Below, piece after piece: positions 1-12,090 of a DNA stretch of 64,000 nt. Numbering within the stretch: position 1 is the first letter of the stretch; each line of letters opens with the position of its first letter. The stretch is from NCBI RefSeq assembly GCF_004010195.1, contig NC_057749.1, forward strand, positions 18,135,457 through 18,199,456, written 5' to 3'. Both the position numbers and the translations under genes were made by a program. The stretch comes from Chiloscyllium plagiosum. Lineage: Eukaryota. Under the pieces are notes generated by a model. The model was not told the DNA's origin. It worked only from the letters and a program-made list of their open reading frames with translations, and did no database searches.

Positions 1-260
1 TCAGTCCCTCTCTCTCTCAGGGAGATATCTGTACACTGACTGGTGTCTCTCAGTCCCCTCTCTGTCTCTGTCAGGGAGATATCTGTACACTGACTGGTGT
101 CTCTCAGTCCCCCCCCTCTCTCTCAGGCAGATATCTGTACACTGACTGGTGTCTCTCAGTCCCCCCCTCTCTCTCAGGCAGATATCTGTACACTGACTGG
201 TGTCTCTCAGTCCCCTCTCTCTCTCAGGGAGGTATCTGTACACTGACTGGTGTCTGTCAG
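1..260. repeat. Minisatellite, ~50-55 bp unit (TCAGTCCC(TC)nAGGGAGATATCTGTACACTGACTGGTGTCTC), 5 copies, truncated by window start
   Basis: ATCTGTACACTGACTGGTGTCT recurs five times, separated by variable TC tracts. Confidence 0.95.
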
Positions 261-521
261 TGCTTTTGTAGGGTAGAGGTGAAGCTTTGAGGGGCGGGTC
301 GGTTTCTCAGAGATGCCTGGCCATGACGGAGTTAACTCTGTGTTCACTTCCCGTGCGTGGATTTAATTTGGTTTGGGATCGGTGCTATCTGCATCAGCCC
401 TCCCTGATCCCGCCCCGGTGAAATGTGGGATCTGAGCAGTGTCGGTGCAGACTCTCCCCCTAAACCCCTCCTCAATCAGGCCGGAGCTTCCCTGCACCTT
501 GCAATGTTCTCCCCATTCCAG

Positions 522-680
522 GATTGATCAGGAGCTGCTCTGTGATGCCCAGCAACCAGGAGGTAACGTGGAGGAGACAGCAGCAGCTTGAGCGGGTGCA
601 GTGTGTGTGGCTGTGAGGCTGAGGCAGCCTTCCATTGGGAGCAGCGAGCAGGATGGACTAGCAGCCTCTCCATCCCCCTG
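522..680 (+). other. Candidate non-coding (5'UTR-like) exon
   Basis: Pyrimidine tract plus CAG acceptor (TTCTCCCCATTCCAG, ending 521) and consensus donor CTG|GTAAGT at 681. Lies in GC-rich, apparently unique sequence with a GC box (GGGGCGGG) at 291. All three frames contain stops. Confidence 0.3.
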
Positions 681-1061
681 GTAAGTGCCAATGCAGCAGG
701 GCACAGGACTGCAGCCCCCCCCGGCTGTACCCCCCGTCTCCCCCAGAACCCGTTTCCAATGGGAACAGGACCAGCTCCAGAGCTGGGCAGCTCTGTCTTG
801 GCTGGGGGCTGCTGCTGCTGCTGGTGGGGTGGGGAGGATTGGGGCTGAATCTTTGTGTGAATGCGGGCTCCGTGCCTCCTGTTTCACAAGCTGCTCATTC
901 GGAAATCGTTGGAAAATCCTGGGGCTGGCAGACCCGGCTGAAATTAAACGCTTTAATATTCTTGTCACATATCGGTACCTTGAATTGGTGTCTTTATGCT
1001 GCTGGGCTATTGTGGTGTGCAGCTGCAGGAGAAAAACGCAGGATTTGTAAATGTCGGACAG

Positions 1062-1490
1062 GCTGTGTGTGTGTGTGAGAGAGAGCGAGCTGGCTGGTGG
1101 AGTACACATTTCACTCGGAGCTGCGTGGGGATCTCTGTGTGTGGGTGTGTGTCCGTGTGGCTGTGTCTGTCTGTGGCTCTGTGTGTGTATCTGTGTGTCT
1201 ATGTACATGTGTGTAAATACCTGTGCCTGTGTGGAACTGTTTATGTGTGTCTGGCTGTGTATCTGTGTGTGTCTGTCTATCTGTGTGTCTAACTGTATTT
1301 CCATGCATGTGTATCTGTGTAGATATATGTGTGTGTGTGTCTGGCTGTGTATCTGAGTGTGTGTGTCTTATTGTATGTATATGCGTGTGCGTGTGTGCCT
1401 GAGGGATGGTTTGTATTGTACCACTGTGTATGGCTCTGATTGTATTGATGACTGTGGTTATCTGTGTAGGTGTGTGTGTGTGTGTGTTCT
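1062..1490. repeat. Degenerate (TG)n/(TGTA/TGTC) low-complexity tract
   Basis: Interrupted TG dinucleotide runs. Confidence 0.9.
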
Positions 1491-1549
1491 GTGCGGTAGT
1501 ATTTGGTTCAATGAGGATATGTGTACCTTCCATTGATACAAACTTACAT

Positions 1550-2110
1550 TTATGTTGTGTGACACTATCACCGTGCTAAATGGGGCAGACTTTGATCAGA
1601 TCGAGCAGCTCCAAGACTGGGCATCCATGAGGCTCTGTGGGACATCCATAGCAGCAAAATTGTACTCCAGCACAATCTGTACCCTCATGGCCTGGCATAT
1701 CCCCCACTCAACCATTACCATCAAGCCAGGGGATCAACCCTGGTGCAGGAGGGCATGCCAGGAGCAGCACCAGGTATACCTGATGGTGAGGTGTCAACCT
1801 GGTGAAGCCCCCAAACAGGATTATTTACATGCCAAACAGCATAAACAGCAAGTGGTAGGCAGAGCAAAGTGACCCCACAGCCTATGGATCAGTTCTAAGC
1901 TTTACAGTCCAATTTGGTAATGATGGTGGACAATTAAACAACTCAATGGGGGAAGAGGCTCCACAAATATCTCCATCCTCAATGATGGAAGAGCTGAGTA
2001 CATTAGTGCAAAAGATAAGACTGAGGTATTTGCAACAATCTTCAGCCAGAGAGGATACGTGGATGATCCATCTCAGCCTCCTCCAGTGCTTTGTCTGGAG
2101 ATTTAGGCCA
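1550..2110 (+). mobile_element. Decayed CR1/L2-group LINE ORF2 fragment (region between endonuclease and RT)
   Basis: Translation HIPHSTITIKPGDQPW.CRRACQEQHQ.YL..RCQPGEA..QDYLHAK resembles the LINE ORF2 linker; frameshifted. Confidence 0.65.
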
Positions 2111-2494
2111 ATACTGACCGTGCACCATGAGATACCAGAGTGTCTCTGACTTTCAGTGACTGTACATTTGCTGTCTCTGAGGATGACACTCCTTATCACC
2201 AAGTAAAGTTTTTCAACTCCCATCAAGCTCTTAGTTTACATCTGAAATTGGTTGGTTATGAAATCCATCTCTCCAGTCAGGTGATTAGGACCATTCTCTT
2301 CGCCCACTCATTCTAAACTGGTATCTTCTCACTTACGGGTGTCAGTCTCACAATCAGTGATTTGTATGGATCGCATTCTTCCCCACCCATCCCATCAATA
2401 CTGGTCTTCAGGCAATTTAACTCCACTTTCATTGAACTCAAGAAATGGCTGCATGCAAAGGCTTCCTCAACAGTATTGAAGACTTTTGAATGAG

Positions 2495-2589
2495 TCACTC
2501 CCTCAGCACTGACCCTCCGACAGTGTGGCACTCCCTCAGCACTGACCCTCCGACAGCGTGGCACTCCCTCAGCACTGACCCTCCGACAG
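2495..2589. repeat. 33-bp minisatellite segment running into an N gap
   Basis: CACTCCCTCAGCACTGACCCTCCGACAGTG units. Confidence 0.95.
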
Positions 2590-3224
2590 NNNNNNNNNNN
2601 NNNNNNNNNNNNNNNNNNNNNNNNNNNNNNNNNNNNNNNNNNNNNNNNNNNNNNNNNNNNNNNNNNNNNNNNNNNNNNNNNNNNNNNNNNNNNNNNNNNN
2701 NNNNNNNNNNNNNNNNNNNNNNNNNNNNNNNNNNNNNNNNNNNNNNNNNNNNNNNNNNNNNNNNNNNNNNNNNNNNNNNNNNNNNNNNNNNNNNNNNNNN
2801 NNNNNNNNNNNNNNNNNNNNNNNNNNNNNNNNNNNNNNNNNNNNNNNNNNNNNNNNNNNNNNNNNNNNNNNNNNNNNNNNNNNNNNNNNNNNNNNNNNNN
2901 NNNNNNNNNNNNNNNNNNNNNNNNNNNNNNNNNNNNNNNNNNNNNNNNNNNNNNNNNNNNNNNNNNNNNNNNNNNNNNNNNNNNNNNNNNNNNNNNNNNN
3001 NNNNNNNNNNNNNNNNNNNNNNNNNNNNNNNNNNNNNNNNNNNNNNNNNNNNNNNNNNNNNNNNNNNNNNNNNNNNNNNNNNNNNNNNNNNNNNNNNNNN
3101 NNNNNNNNNNNNNNNNNNNNNNNNNNNNNNNNNNNNNNNNNNNNNNNNNNNNNNNNNNNNNNNNNNNNNNNNNNNNNNNNNNNNNNNNNNNNNNNNNNNN
3201 NNNNNNNNNNNNNNNNNNNNNNNN

Positions 3225-3455
3225 ACCCAGAGGGTTGTGAATCTGTGGAATTCCCTGCCCAGGGAAGTAGTTGAGGCTTCCTTGTTGAATGTTTTTAAGG
3301 TAAAAACAATTTTTTGAACAATAAAGGAATTAAGAGATACGGTGTGAGGGCGGGTAAGTGGACTGAGGCCATGATAAGGTCAGCTATGATCTTACTGAAT
3401 GGTGGGCTAGGCTCGATGGGTTGGATGGCCTTCTCCAGCTCCTGGTTCATCAGTG
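3225..3455 (+). mobile_element. CR1 LINE 3' end fragment
   Basis: TQRVVNLWNSLPREVVEA, the typical CR1 ORF2 C-terminus, followed by a 3'UTR. Confidence 0.85.
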
Positions 3456-3596
3456 TTCTTCTAAGAAATGTTTGGTGGGATAATGGCCAGTTGGGAATCT
3501 GGGCTAAAGGTCAGCAAGGGCTACTTTGACCAAAAGTTCTGTTTCTGTGCTGTATAATTGCATCACTCCATAGCTCCACCTTGGAGTCACTAGCAG

Positions 3597-6500
3597 TCCC
3601 TCCGACAGTGCGGCGCTCCCTCAGCACTGACCCTCCGACAGTGCGGCACCCACTCAGCCCTGACCCTCCGACAGTGCGGCGCGCCCTCAGCACTGACCCT
3701 CCGACATTGCGGCACTCCCTCAGCACTGACCCTCCGACAGTGCCCATTCCATCAGCACTGACCCTCCGACAGTGCAGCACTTCCTCAGTTCTGACACTCC
3801 GACAGTGCAGCGCTTCCTCAGTACTGACACTCCGACAGTGCGGCCCTCCCTCAGCACTGACCCTCTGACAGTGCAGCATTCCCTCAGTACTGACACTCCG
3901 ACAGTGCAGCGCTCCCTCAGTACTGACCCTCTGACAGTGTGGCACTCCCTCAGCACTGACCATCTGACAATTTGGTGCTCCCTCAGCACTAACCCTCCGA
4001 CAGTCTGGCACTCCTTCAGCACTGACCTTCCGACAGTGCGGCCATCCCTCAGCACTTACCCTCCGTCTGTGCGGCCCTCCCTCAGCACTGACCTTCCGAC
4101 AGTGCCCAGTCCCTCAGTACTGACCCTCTGACAGAGCGGCGCTCCCTCAGCACTGACCCTCCGACAGTGTGGCACTCCCTCAGCACTGACCCTCCGACAG
4201 TGCGGCATTCCCTCAGCACTAACCCTCCCACAGTACGGCGCTCCCTTAGCACTGACCCACCGACAGTGCGGCACTCCGTCAGCACTGACCCACCGACAGT
4301 GCGGTACTCCGTCAGCACTGACCCCCCGACAGTGCGGCACTCCCTCAGCACTGACCTCCCGACAGTGCGGCGCTCCCTCAGCACTGACCCCCCGACAGTG
4401 CGGCACTCCGTCAGCACTGATCCTCCGACTGTGCGGCACACTCTCAGCACTGACCCTCCGACAGTGCGGCGCTCCCTCAGCACTGACCCTCCGACAGTGC
4501 GGCGCCCCCCCAGCACTGACCCTCCGACAGTGCGGCGCTCCCTCAGCACTGACCCTCCGACAGTGCGGGGCTCCCTCAGCACTGACCCTCCGACAGTGCG
4601 GGGCTCCCTCAGCACTGACCCTCCGACAGTGCGGGGCTCCCTCAGCACTGACCCTCCGACAGTGCGGGGCTCCCTCAGCACTGACCCTCCGACAGTGCGG
4701 GGCTCCCTCAGCACTGACCCTCCGACAGTGCGGGGCTCCCTCAGCACTGACCCTCCGACAGTGCGGGGCTCCCTCAGCACTGACCCTCCGACAGTGCGGG
4801 GCTCCCTCAGCACTGACCCTCCGACAGTGCGGGGCTCCCTCAGCACTGACCCTCCGACAGTGCGGGGCTCCCTCAGCACTGACCCTCCGACAGTGCGGGG
4901 CTCCCTCAGCACTGACCCTCCGACAGTGCGGGGCTCCCTCAGCACTGACCCTCCGACAGTGCGGGGCTCCCTCAGCACTGACCCTCCGACAGTGCGGGGC
5001 TCCCTCAGCACTGACCCTCCGACAGTGCGGGGCTCCCTCAGCACTGACCCTCCGACAGTGCGGGGCTCCCTCAGCACTGACCCTCCGACAGTGCGGGGCT
5101 CCCTCAGCACTGACCCTCCGACAGTGCGGGGCTCCCTCAGCACTGACCCTCCGACAGTGCGGGGCTCCCTCAGCACTGACCCTCCGACAGTGCGGGGCTC
5201 CCTCAGCACTGACCCTCCGACAGTGCGGGGCTCCCTCAGCACTGACCCTCCGACAGTGCGGGGCTCCCTCAGCACTGACCCTCCGACAGTGCGGGGCTCC
5301 CTCAGCACTGACCCTCCGACAGTGCGGGGCTCCCTCAGCACTGACCCTCCGACAGTGCGGGGCTCCCTCAGCACTGACCCTCCGACAGTGCGGGGCTCCC
5401 TCAGCACTGACCCTCCGACAGTGCGGGGCTCCCTCAGCACTGACCCTCCGACAGTGCGGGGCTCCCTCAGCACTGACCCTCCGACAGTGCGGGGCTCCCT
5501 CAGCACTGACCCTCCGACAGTGCGGGGCTCCCTCAGCACTGACCCTCCGACAGTGCGGGGCTCCCTCAGCACTGACCCTCCGACAGTGCGGGGCTCCCTC
5601 AGCACTGACCCTCCGACAGTGCGGGGCTCCCTCAGCACTGACCCTCCGACAGTGCGGGGCTCCCTCAGCACTGACCCTCCGACAGTGCGGGGCTCCCTCA
5701 GCACTGACCCTCCGACAGTGCGGGGCTCCCTCAGCACTGACCCTCCGACAGTGCGGGGCTCCCTCAGCACTGACCCTCCGACAGTGCGGGGCTCCCTCAG
5801 CACTGACCCTCCGACAGTGCGGGGCTCCCTCAGCACTGACCCTCCGACAGTGCGGGGCTCCCTCAGCACTGACCCTCCGACAGTGCGGGGCTCCCTCAGC
5901 ACTGACCCTCCGACAGTGCGGGGCTCCCTCAGCACTGACCCTCCGACAGTGCGGGGCTCCCTCAGCACTGACCCTCCGACAGTGCGGGGCTCCCTCAGCA
6001 CTGACCCTCCGACAGTGCGGGGCTCCCTCAGCACTGACCCTCCGACAGTGCGGGGCTCCCTCAGCACTGACCCTCCGACAGTGCGGGGCTCCCTCAGCAC
6101 TGACCCTCCGACAGTGCGGGGCTCCCTCAGCACTGACCCTCCGACAGTGCGGGGCTCCCTCAGCACTGACCCTCCGACAGTGCGGGGCTCCCTCAGCACT
6201 GACCCTCCGACAGTGCGGGGCTCCCTCAGCACTGACCCTCCGACAGTGCGGGGCTCCCTCAGCACTGACCCTCCGACAGTGCGGGGCTCCCTCAGCACTG
6301 ACCCTCCGACAGTGCGGGGCTCCCTCAGCACTGACCCTCCGACAGTGCGGGGCTCCCTCAGCACTGACCCTCCGACAGTGCGGGGCTCCCTCAGCACTGA
6401 CCCTCCGACTGTGCGGGGCTCCCTCAGCACTGACCCTCCGACTGTGCGGGGCTCCCTCAGCACTGACCCTCCGACTGTGCGGGGCTCCCTCAGCACTGAC

Positions 6501-6955
6501 CCTCCGACTGTGCGGGGCTCCCTCAGCACTGACCCTCCGACTGTGCGGGGCTCCCTCAGCACTGACCCTCCGACTGTGCGGGGCTCCCTCAGCACTGACC
6601 CTCCGACTGTGCGGGGCTCCCTCAGCACTGACCCTCCGACTGTGCGGGGCTCCCTCAGCACTGACCCTCCGACTGTGCGGGGCTCCCTCAGCACTGACCC
6701 TCCGACTGTGCGGGGCTCCCTCAGCACTGACCCTCCGACTGTGCGGGGCTCCCTCAGCACTGACCCTCCGACTGTGCGGGGCTCCCTCAGCACTGACCCT
6801 CCGACTGTGCGGGGCTCCCTCAGCACTGACCCTCCGACTGTGCGGGGCTCCCTCAGCACTGACCCTCCGACTGTGCGGGGCTCCCTCAGCACTGACCCTC
6901 CGACTGTGCGGGACACCCTCAGCGCTGTCCCTATGACAATTTGGCACTCCCTCCA
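3597..6955. repeat. 33-bp minisatellite (CCTCAGCACTGACCCTCCGACAGTGCGGGGCTC), ~100 units
   Basis: Direct tandem periodicity. Degenerate at 3597-4540, homogeneous at ~4550-6910. Confidence 0.99.
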
Positions 6956-6957
6956 GA

Positions 6958-7335
6958 CAGCCAGCGAGGCAGCATCTGAGAAAGAGGAGAATCGATGTTT
7001 CGAGCATAAAGTCTTCATGAGGAATGTTGTAAGATTGGTACAAGGAGACAAAGAGATAAATGGGAGGGGGGTGGGGCTGGTGGGGAAGGTAGCTCTAAAT
7101 GCAATAGGTAGATGAAGTTTGGGGTGATGGTGATAGGTCAGAGAAGAGGGTGAAGCGGATAGGTGGGAAGGAAAATAGACAGGGAGCAAAGTTCAAGGGG
7201 GCGATGCCGAGTTGGAGGGTTGGATCTGCGATGAGGTGGGGAAGGGGAGATTAGGAAACCAGTGAAATTAATGTTGATTGTGTGTGGTTGGAGGATCCAA
7301 AGGTGGAAGATGAGGTGATCTTCCTGCAGTAATTT
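6958..7335 (-). mobile_element. Penelope-like element 3' fragment (GIY-YIG C-terminus, tail and decayed hammerhead motif)
   Basis: Minus translation LLQEDHLIFHLWILQPHTININF. Tail CATTCCTCATGAAGACTTTATGCTCGAAACATCGATTCTCC matches the copies at 39601 and 49601. Confidence 0.8.
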
Positions 7336-7819
7336 GAACATCACTGGAACACACCCCCTAAACAACCCCAGTGCCCTGTGGTCCAGTAGCCATGTCACCG
7401 ATTCTTGTGACCCTCCTGCCCCGTTCCCCAATGGAACTCCACGTGCTTCCAGTAGAATCAGCAGAGAGAAGGTAACTATCAAACTTCTGAACCTATGGAA
7501 TTGTAATTTCAAAAATGAAAAAGCAGCTATAACACTCCCGAAGTTTGGGGTGTCTTTCCCAAAACAAATTAGAGGTGGATGGGTTTCACCTCAACTTGAA
7601 ATGAATTGGCTGCTGCATGGGCTTTGTCGCTACCTTGAATGAAATAAATTTAGTCGTTAGAAATGAGAAGTGGCTTTGTTTTAAAGGAGGCACTGGACAG
7701 TTGGCAGGAGGGGAGAAGGGACTTGGACAGAGATTGCTGCTGGACCGATTGTAGTGGCTTAGCATTGGGAAATCACGAGTGTCACTTCAAAACTTGCAGT
7801 TGACACAAAAGAGGGCAAC

Positions 7820-8211
7820 AAATATAAATGATTTGGATGTGATCATTGCAGGTACAGTTAGTAAGTTTGCAGATGACACCAAAATTGGAGATGTAGTGGA
7901 CAGCAAAGAAGGTTACCTCAGATTACAACAGGATCTTGATCAGATGGGCCAATGGGCTGAGGAGTGGCAGATGGAGTTTAATTCAGATAAATGTGAGGTG
8001 CTGCTGCATTTTGGGAAAGCAAATCTTAGCAGGACTTATACACCTAATGGTAAGGTCCTAGGGAGTGTTACTGAACAAAGAGACCTTGGAGTGCAGGTTC
8101 ATAGCTCCTTGAAAGTGGAGTCGCAGGTAGATAGGATTGAGAAGAAGGCGTTTGGTATGCTTTCCTTTATTGGTCAGAGTATTGAGTACAGGAGTTGGGA
8201 GGTCATGTTTA
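7820..8211 (+). mobile_element. CR1 LINE reverse transcriptase fragment
   Basis: INDLD...[10 protein letters not shown]...[26 protein letters not shown]; ends in a gap. Confidence 0.95.
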
Positions 8212-8991
8212 NNNNNNNNNNNNNNNNNNNNNNNNNNNNNNNNNNNNNNNNNNNNNNNNNNNNNNNNNNNNNNNNNNNNNNNNNNNNNNNNNNNNNNNNN
8301 NNNNNNNNNNNNNNNNNNNNNNNNNNNNNNNNNNNNNNNNNNNNNNNNNNNNNNNNNNNNNNNNNNNNNNNNNNNNNNNNNNNNNNNNNNNNNNNNNNNN
8401 NNNNNNNNNNNNNNNNNNNNNNNNNNNNNNNNNNNNNNNNNNNNNNNNNNNNNNNNNNNNNNNNNNNNNNNNNNNNNNNNNNNNNNNNNNNNNNNNNNNN
8501 NNNNNNNNNNNNNNNNNNNNNNNNNNNNNNNNNNNNNNNNNNNNNNNNNNNNNNNNNNNNNNNNNNNNNNNNNNNNNNNNNNNNNNNNNNNNNNNNNNNN
8601 NNNNNNNNNNNNNNNNNNNNNNNNNNNNNNNNNNNNNNNNNNNNNNNNNNNNNNNNNNNNNNNNNNNNNNNNNNNNNNNNNNNNNNNNNNNNNNNNNNNN
8701 NNNNNNNNNNNNNNNNNNNNNNNNNNNNNNNNNNNNNNNNNNNNNNNNNNNNNNNNNNNNNNNNNNNNNNNNNNNNNNNNNNNNNNNNNNNNNNNNNNNN
8801 NNNNNNNNNNNNNNNNNNNNNNNNNNNNNNNNNNNNNNNNNNNNNNNNNNNNNNNNNNNNNNNNNNNNNNNNNNNNNNNNNNNNNNNNNNNNNNNNNNNN
8901 NNNNNNNNNNNNNNNNNNNNNNNNNNNNNNNNNNNNNNNNNNNNNNNNNNNNNNNNNNNNNNNNNNNNNNNNNNNNNNNNNNNNNNNNNNN

Positions 8992-9098
8992 ACCCCCCTC
9001 TCATTTATCTCCGAGTCCACTTGGATCACAATGATTCTCCTGCTTCAGGGATGCTGCCTGCCCGGCTGTGCTTTTCCAGCACCACACCTTTTGATTGT
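8992..9098 (+). mobile_element. Penelope-like element 3' tail
   Basis: GATTCTCCTGCT..GGATGCTGCCTG...CTGTGCTTTTCCAGCACCACA matches 39635-39690. Confidence 0.7.
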
Positions 9099-9099
9099 T

Positions 9100-9250
9100 T
9101 CAGCACTGACCCTCTGACAGTGTGGCACTCCCTCGGTACTGACCCTCCAACAGTGTGGCACTCCCTCGGTACTGACCCTCCGACAGTGCAGCACTCCCTC
9201 AGCACTGACCCTCCGACAGTGCAGCACTCCCTCAGCACTGACCCTCCGAC
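9100..9250. repeat. 33-bp minisatellite segment (~5 units)
   Basis: Same unit as 3597-6955. Confidence 0.95.
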
Positions 9251-9380
9251 AGCAGTGCAGTGCTCCGTCAGTACTATATTGGAAGTGTGTGTATTGATTT
9301 TGCTCAGCTCTCTGGAATCATTTTTGAGCCAGAGGGTTTCTGAGTATGAGTCAAGCGCAGTAACCATTGGGACACGGTCG
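9250..9380 (-). mobile_element. Decayed tRNA-derived SINE head (Deu-domain/SacSINE1-like), contiguous with the 33-bp array
   Basis: Minus strand has a degenerate A box (TGTCCCAATGG) and B box (GGCTCAAAAA), then AGTACTGACGGAGCACTGCACTG leading into array units. Family assignment is from recalled consensus. Confidence 0.5.
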
Positions 9381-10784
9381 CTGTGGTTTATATTGCATTG
9401 TCACCAAATGCAGCTTGGAGCACTGACACTGACTGTCACATAATGCTGCAGTGTCTCTCGGGACACTGCCGGTCCACTGTGGACAGTGCAGTGCTGAGCT
9501 GAGTGAGATTTTCCCCACTCGGGAATGTTTCATTCCCACTGGAGCTCAAACAGCCTCAGGTGAAGGTATCAAGTGGATCACAGATTGTAGGATAAGGAGT
9601 ACAGGGAGACCTTGAACTGAATTATGTTGCAGAGTTTGGTCAAACGTCTGCACCATTCCACTGATTAGTCAGTGACAATCCACGCTGATTAATATTTCAT
9701 TCTGATTGGGAAACATTTCCACAGATTCTCACCCATAGATTTCTCTCACAGCCTCTTGTGTCCTAAATACTCAATGTTGAGATCAGAGTGAGTTGTACAA
9801 TTAATAAGGGCAGTAAAATTTGCCTTTGAACAGAAACCTGCAGCGAGTGTTTGAAAAAAGCTGCTGGACCCCGCTACACAGCTCAACATTGAAGCTGAAC
9901 AGTGAGTCTCCGAGACCCAGGGGTAGGGCATCCCCACCTCCCTCCTCACTCTCCCTCCCCATTCCCTCACTTTCCTCACTGACCTGCTTTGCCTGTTGTC
10001 CCAGTGTGTGTGAATATTCTGAGTGTGCACTGGGATCCCTGGAGCCAGGGAGATTCCAGTTCAGACCATTGTTCCTCTCCAACTGTGCGCAGACTCAGCT
10101 ACAGTGAAGCTTATCTTTTATCCTGTGATTCGAGGCCACGCAATGAATTTATATTCTTTACAAACTGGTCAAGGTGAAGGCAAAGTCAAGGAGGATCTTC
10201 AGACCTAGATTTCAAAGTAACTTGGTTTGTGATATGTTCACACTAAGCTGCTGTACATGGTAATCCCAGATGTACCAGGCTCTGATCTATAGTTTGATTA
10301 ATCAATATCATCTGCATCTGTTCATGTCCATGTCTTCTCAAGGCTGTCTCTCATTCCAGACTGTAGCCTAGTCTGGCCTGGTCTATGTGATCTCTGTTCT
10401 ACCTCTGTTCTAACATTGCTCTCTGTGTTATTTACACTCTGCAATGTGCAGCACTGTGACATCATCACAAGATTTCTCCAGGGTCCTGAAGTCCTTACAC
10501 AGCAGTGAGCTCCCAGTCATGGTGATTCCAGCCTCAAACTGTTAGCATTCCCTTCTGAGCTACAACCCATTCCATTTCCCTGTTGATTGGTCACTCTCTG
10601 TTACCTTCCTCACTGTGTCACATTGGTCCTTCACTTGCTAACCCTCCCTCACTCTACCATCATTTTCACTCCTCATTCACTCTTCCTTGTTCTCCTCATT
10701 TCTGTTTTAATCCCTCTCCTTCTGTCCTTCTGCTTACTATTTCCTGATGCTGCACAGTGCAGTCCAAAGTGCTGGGCAGTTTTC

Positions 10785-10885
10785 TCTGTCACTGGGCTAG
10801 TAATCCAGAAGTTCAGGCTAATGTTCTGGAAACATGGATCTGACTCCCACTGTGACATCAAATGAAATTTGAATTCAATAAAAGT
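10785..10885 (+). mobile_element. Decayed SINE head fragment
   Basis: TGTCACTGGGCTAGTAATCCAGA...GGCTAATGTTCTGG...ATGAAATTTGAATTCAATAAAA resembles a common shark SINE (recalled). Confidence 0.45.
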
Positions 10886-11059
10886 GCCTTCTGCTCATGT
10901 GCTGTAAAGAATCATTCTCTCTGTGGAACTCCCTGTCACGGGGAGAATGTGTTTCAGGGAAATCAGGATAGGTAAGAGAGGGGAAGGGGTAGTATGTCAG
11001 GCAGGTGGGGTGAGAGGTCGTCTGCAACTAATTTCTCCATAAAGTCTCTCAGTTTGAGA

Positions 11060-12090
11060 AATCACAGACTTGTCATAGTGCAGAGGGGTGGCCATTCAGC
11101 CCCTCTGTCAGTGCTAGCTCTGTGGATGAGCACCTCACTTAGTGCCATTCCATCTCCTCCCCTGCACATTCTTCCTTTTTAAATAACTGTCTTAATGAGT
11201 CGATTAAAGCTGTCTGCACCAAAATCTCCAGAATTGCATTCCAGATACTCACTGTGTTTTAAAAAAAAGCTTCCTCAGATCATTTCTGTTGCTTTTACTC
11301 TTTACTGTCAATCTGCACGCTCTCGATCTTGTGGGAACAGTTTCTCCCTTATCCTTCTGTCCAGACCTCTCTGGATCGTCTCTCAGGCTTATCTCCTGCA
11401 AGGAAGGCAATCCTAACTTCTTCAGTTTGTCCCCAGAATATGGGTTCCTGATCCCGAGAACTAATGTCTTAAACCCCTCTGCGCTTGTGGCCACAGCCTT
11501 CCCAAAGTGCAGTGCCCAGAGCTGGCTGAAGCTGAATTCAAGTTTTCTGTAACTGCAGCACAGCCTTCTTGTTCAGTGCTCTAATCCCCTACCATTAATT
11601 CTGGGATACTGTGTGCCTTATTCAATGTTGTCCTGACCTGCCTATCCTGCCTATCAATGACTTATCCTGGTCTCTCTCTGCTCCTGCACCCACTTTAGAG
11701 AAACACATTGCACAGGTCGTTCTGCAATAGTTACATTCCTCTGCATCCCCGCGCTATAGAAAATTGCACTGTAGAAGATCGTTATACCCATTCAGTAGAA
11801 TGTTCGCATTATTCAAACAGCATCCACAATTCGTCAGTCACATTATATCCAACCCGCATTGATGAAACATGCGTTATGCCAGAATAACCTGTAATTTACA
11901 TTGTCGCTACACGGTCTTCCTACCAAAATGTACCCTCACTTTCCTCTGGATTGAAGTGAGCTTCCCCATGTCTGTCCACTCCAACAGCTTGTTGATGTAC
12001 TTTGGAGTTCTACCTGCTCCTCCTTGTGGTTTACAATGCTCCCAGGGTATATATGGTCCACAGATATTAACATTGCCCCCTGTGTACCTT
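11060..12090 (-). mobile_element. Old, heavily decayed CR1 LINE
   Basis: Minus translation Y.GDKLKKLGLPSLQE.SLRDD resembles CR1 'YEERL..LGLFSLE.RRLRGD'. Confidence 0.6.
11713..11891. mobile_element. ~180 bp MITE (Tc1/mariner-pogo type) nested in old CR1
   Basis: Terminal inverted repeats CAGGTCGTTCTG / CAGAATAACCTG (10/12 match); TA on the right flank and CA on the left. Confidence 0.6.

Noticed and set aside
528..1533. His/Thr-rich and Cys/Val-rich ORFs
   Set aside because: Translations of the (TG)n low-complexity tract
4056..7189. Three ~1000-aa ORFs (STDPPTVRGSL, SAEGAPHCRRV and VGGSVLREPRT repeats) as a mucin-like or repeat protein gene
   Set aside because: A 33-bp unit (11 codons) without stops is open in several frames on both strands. 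There is no synonymous variation between units, and the non-repeat ends are Penelope tail sequence.
7779..9443. 554-aa ORF and other X-filled ORFs (2490, 19936, 21980, 31624)
   Set aside because: Artefacts of translating through N gaps
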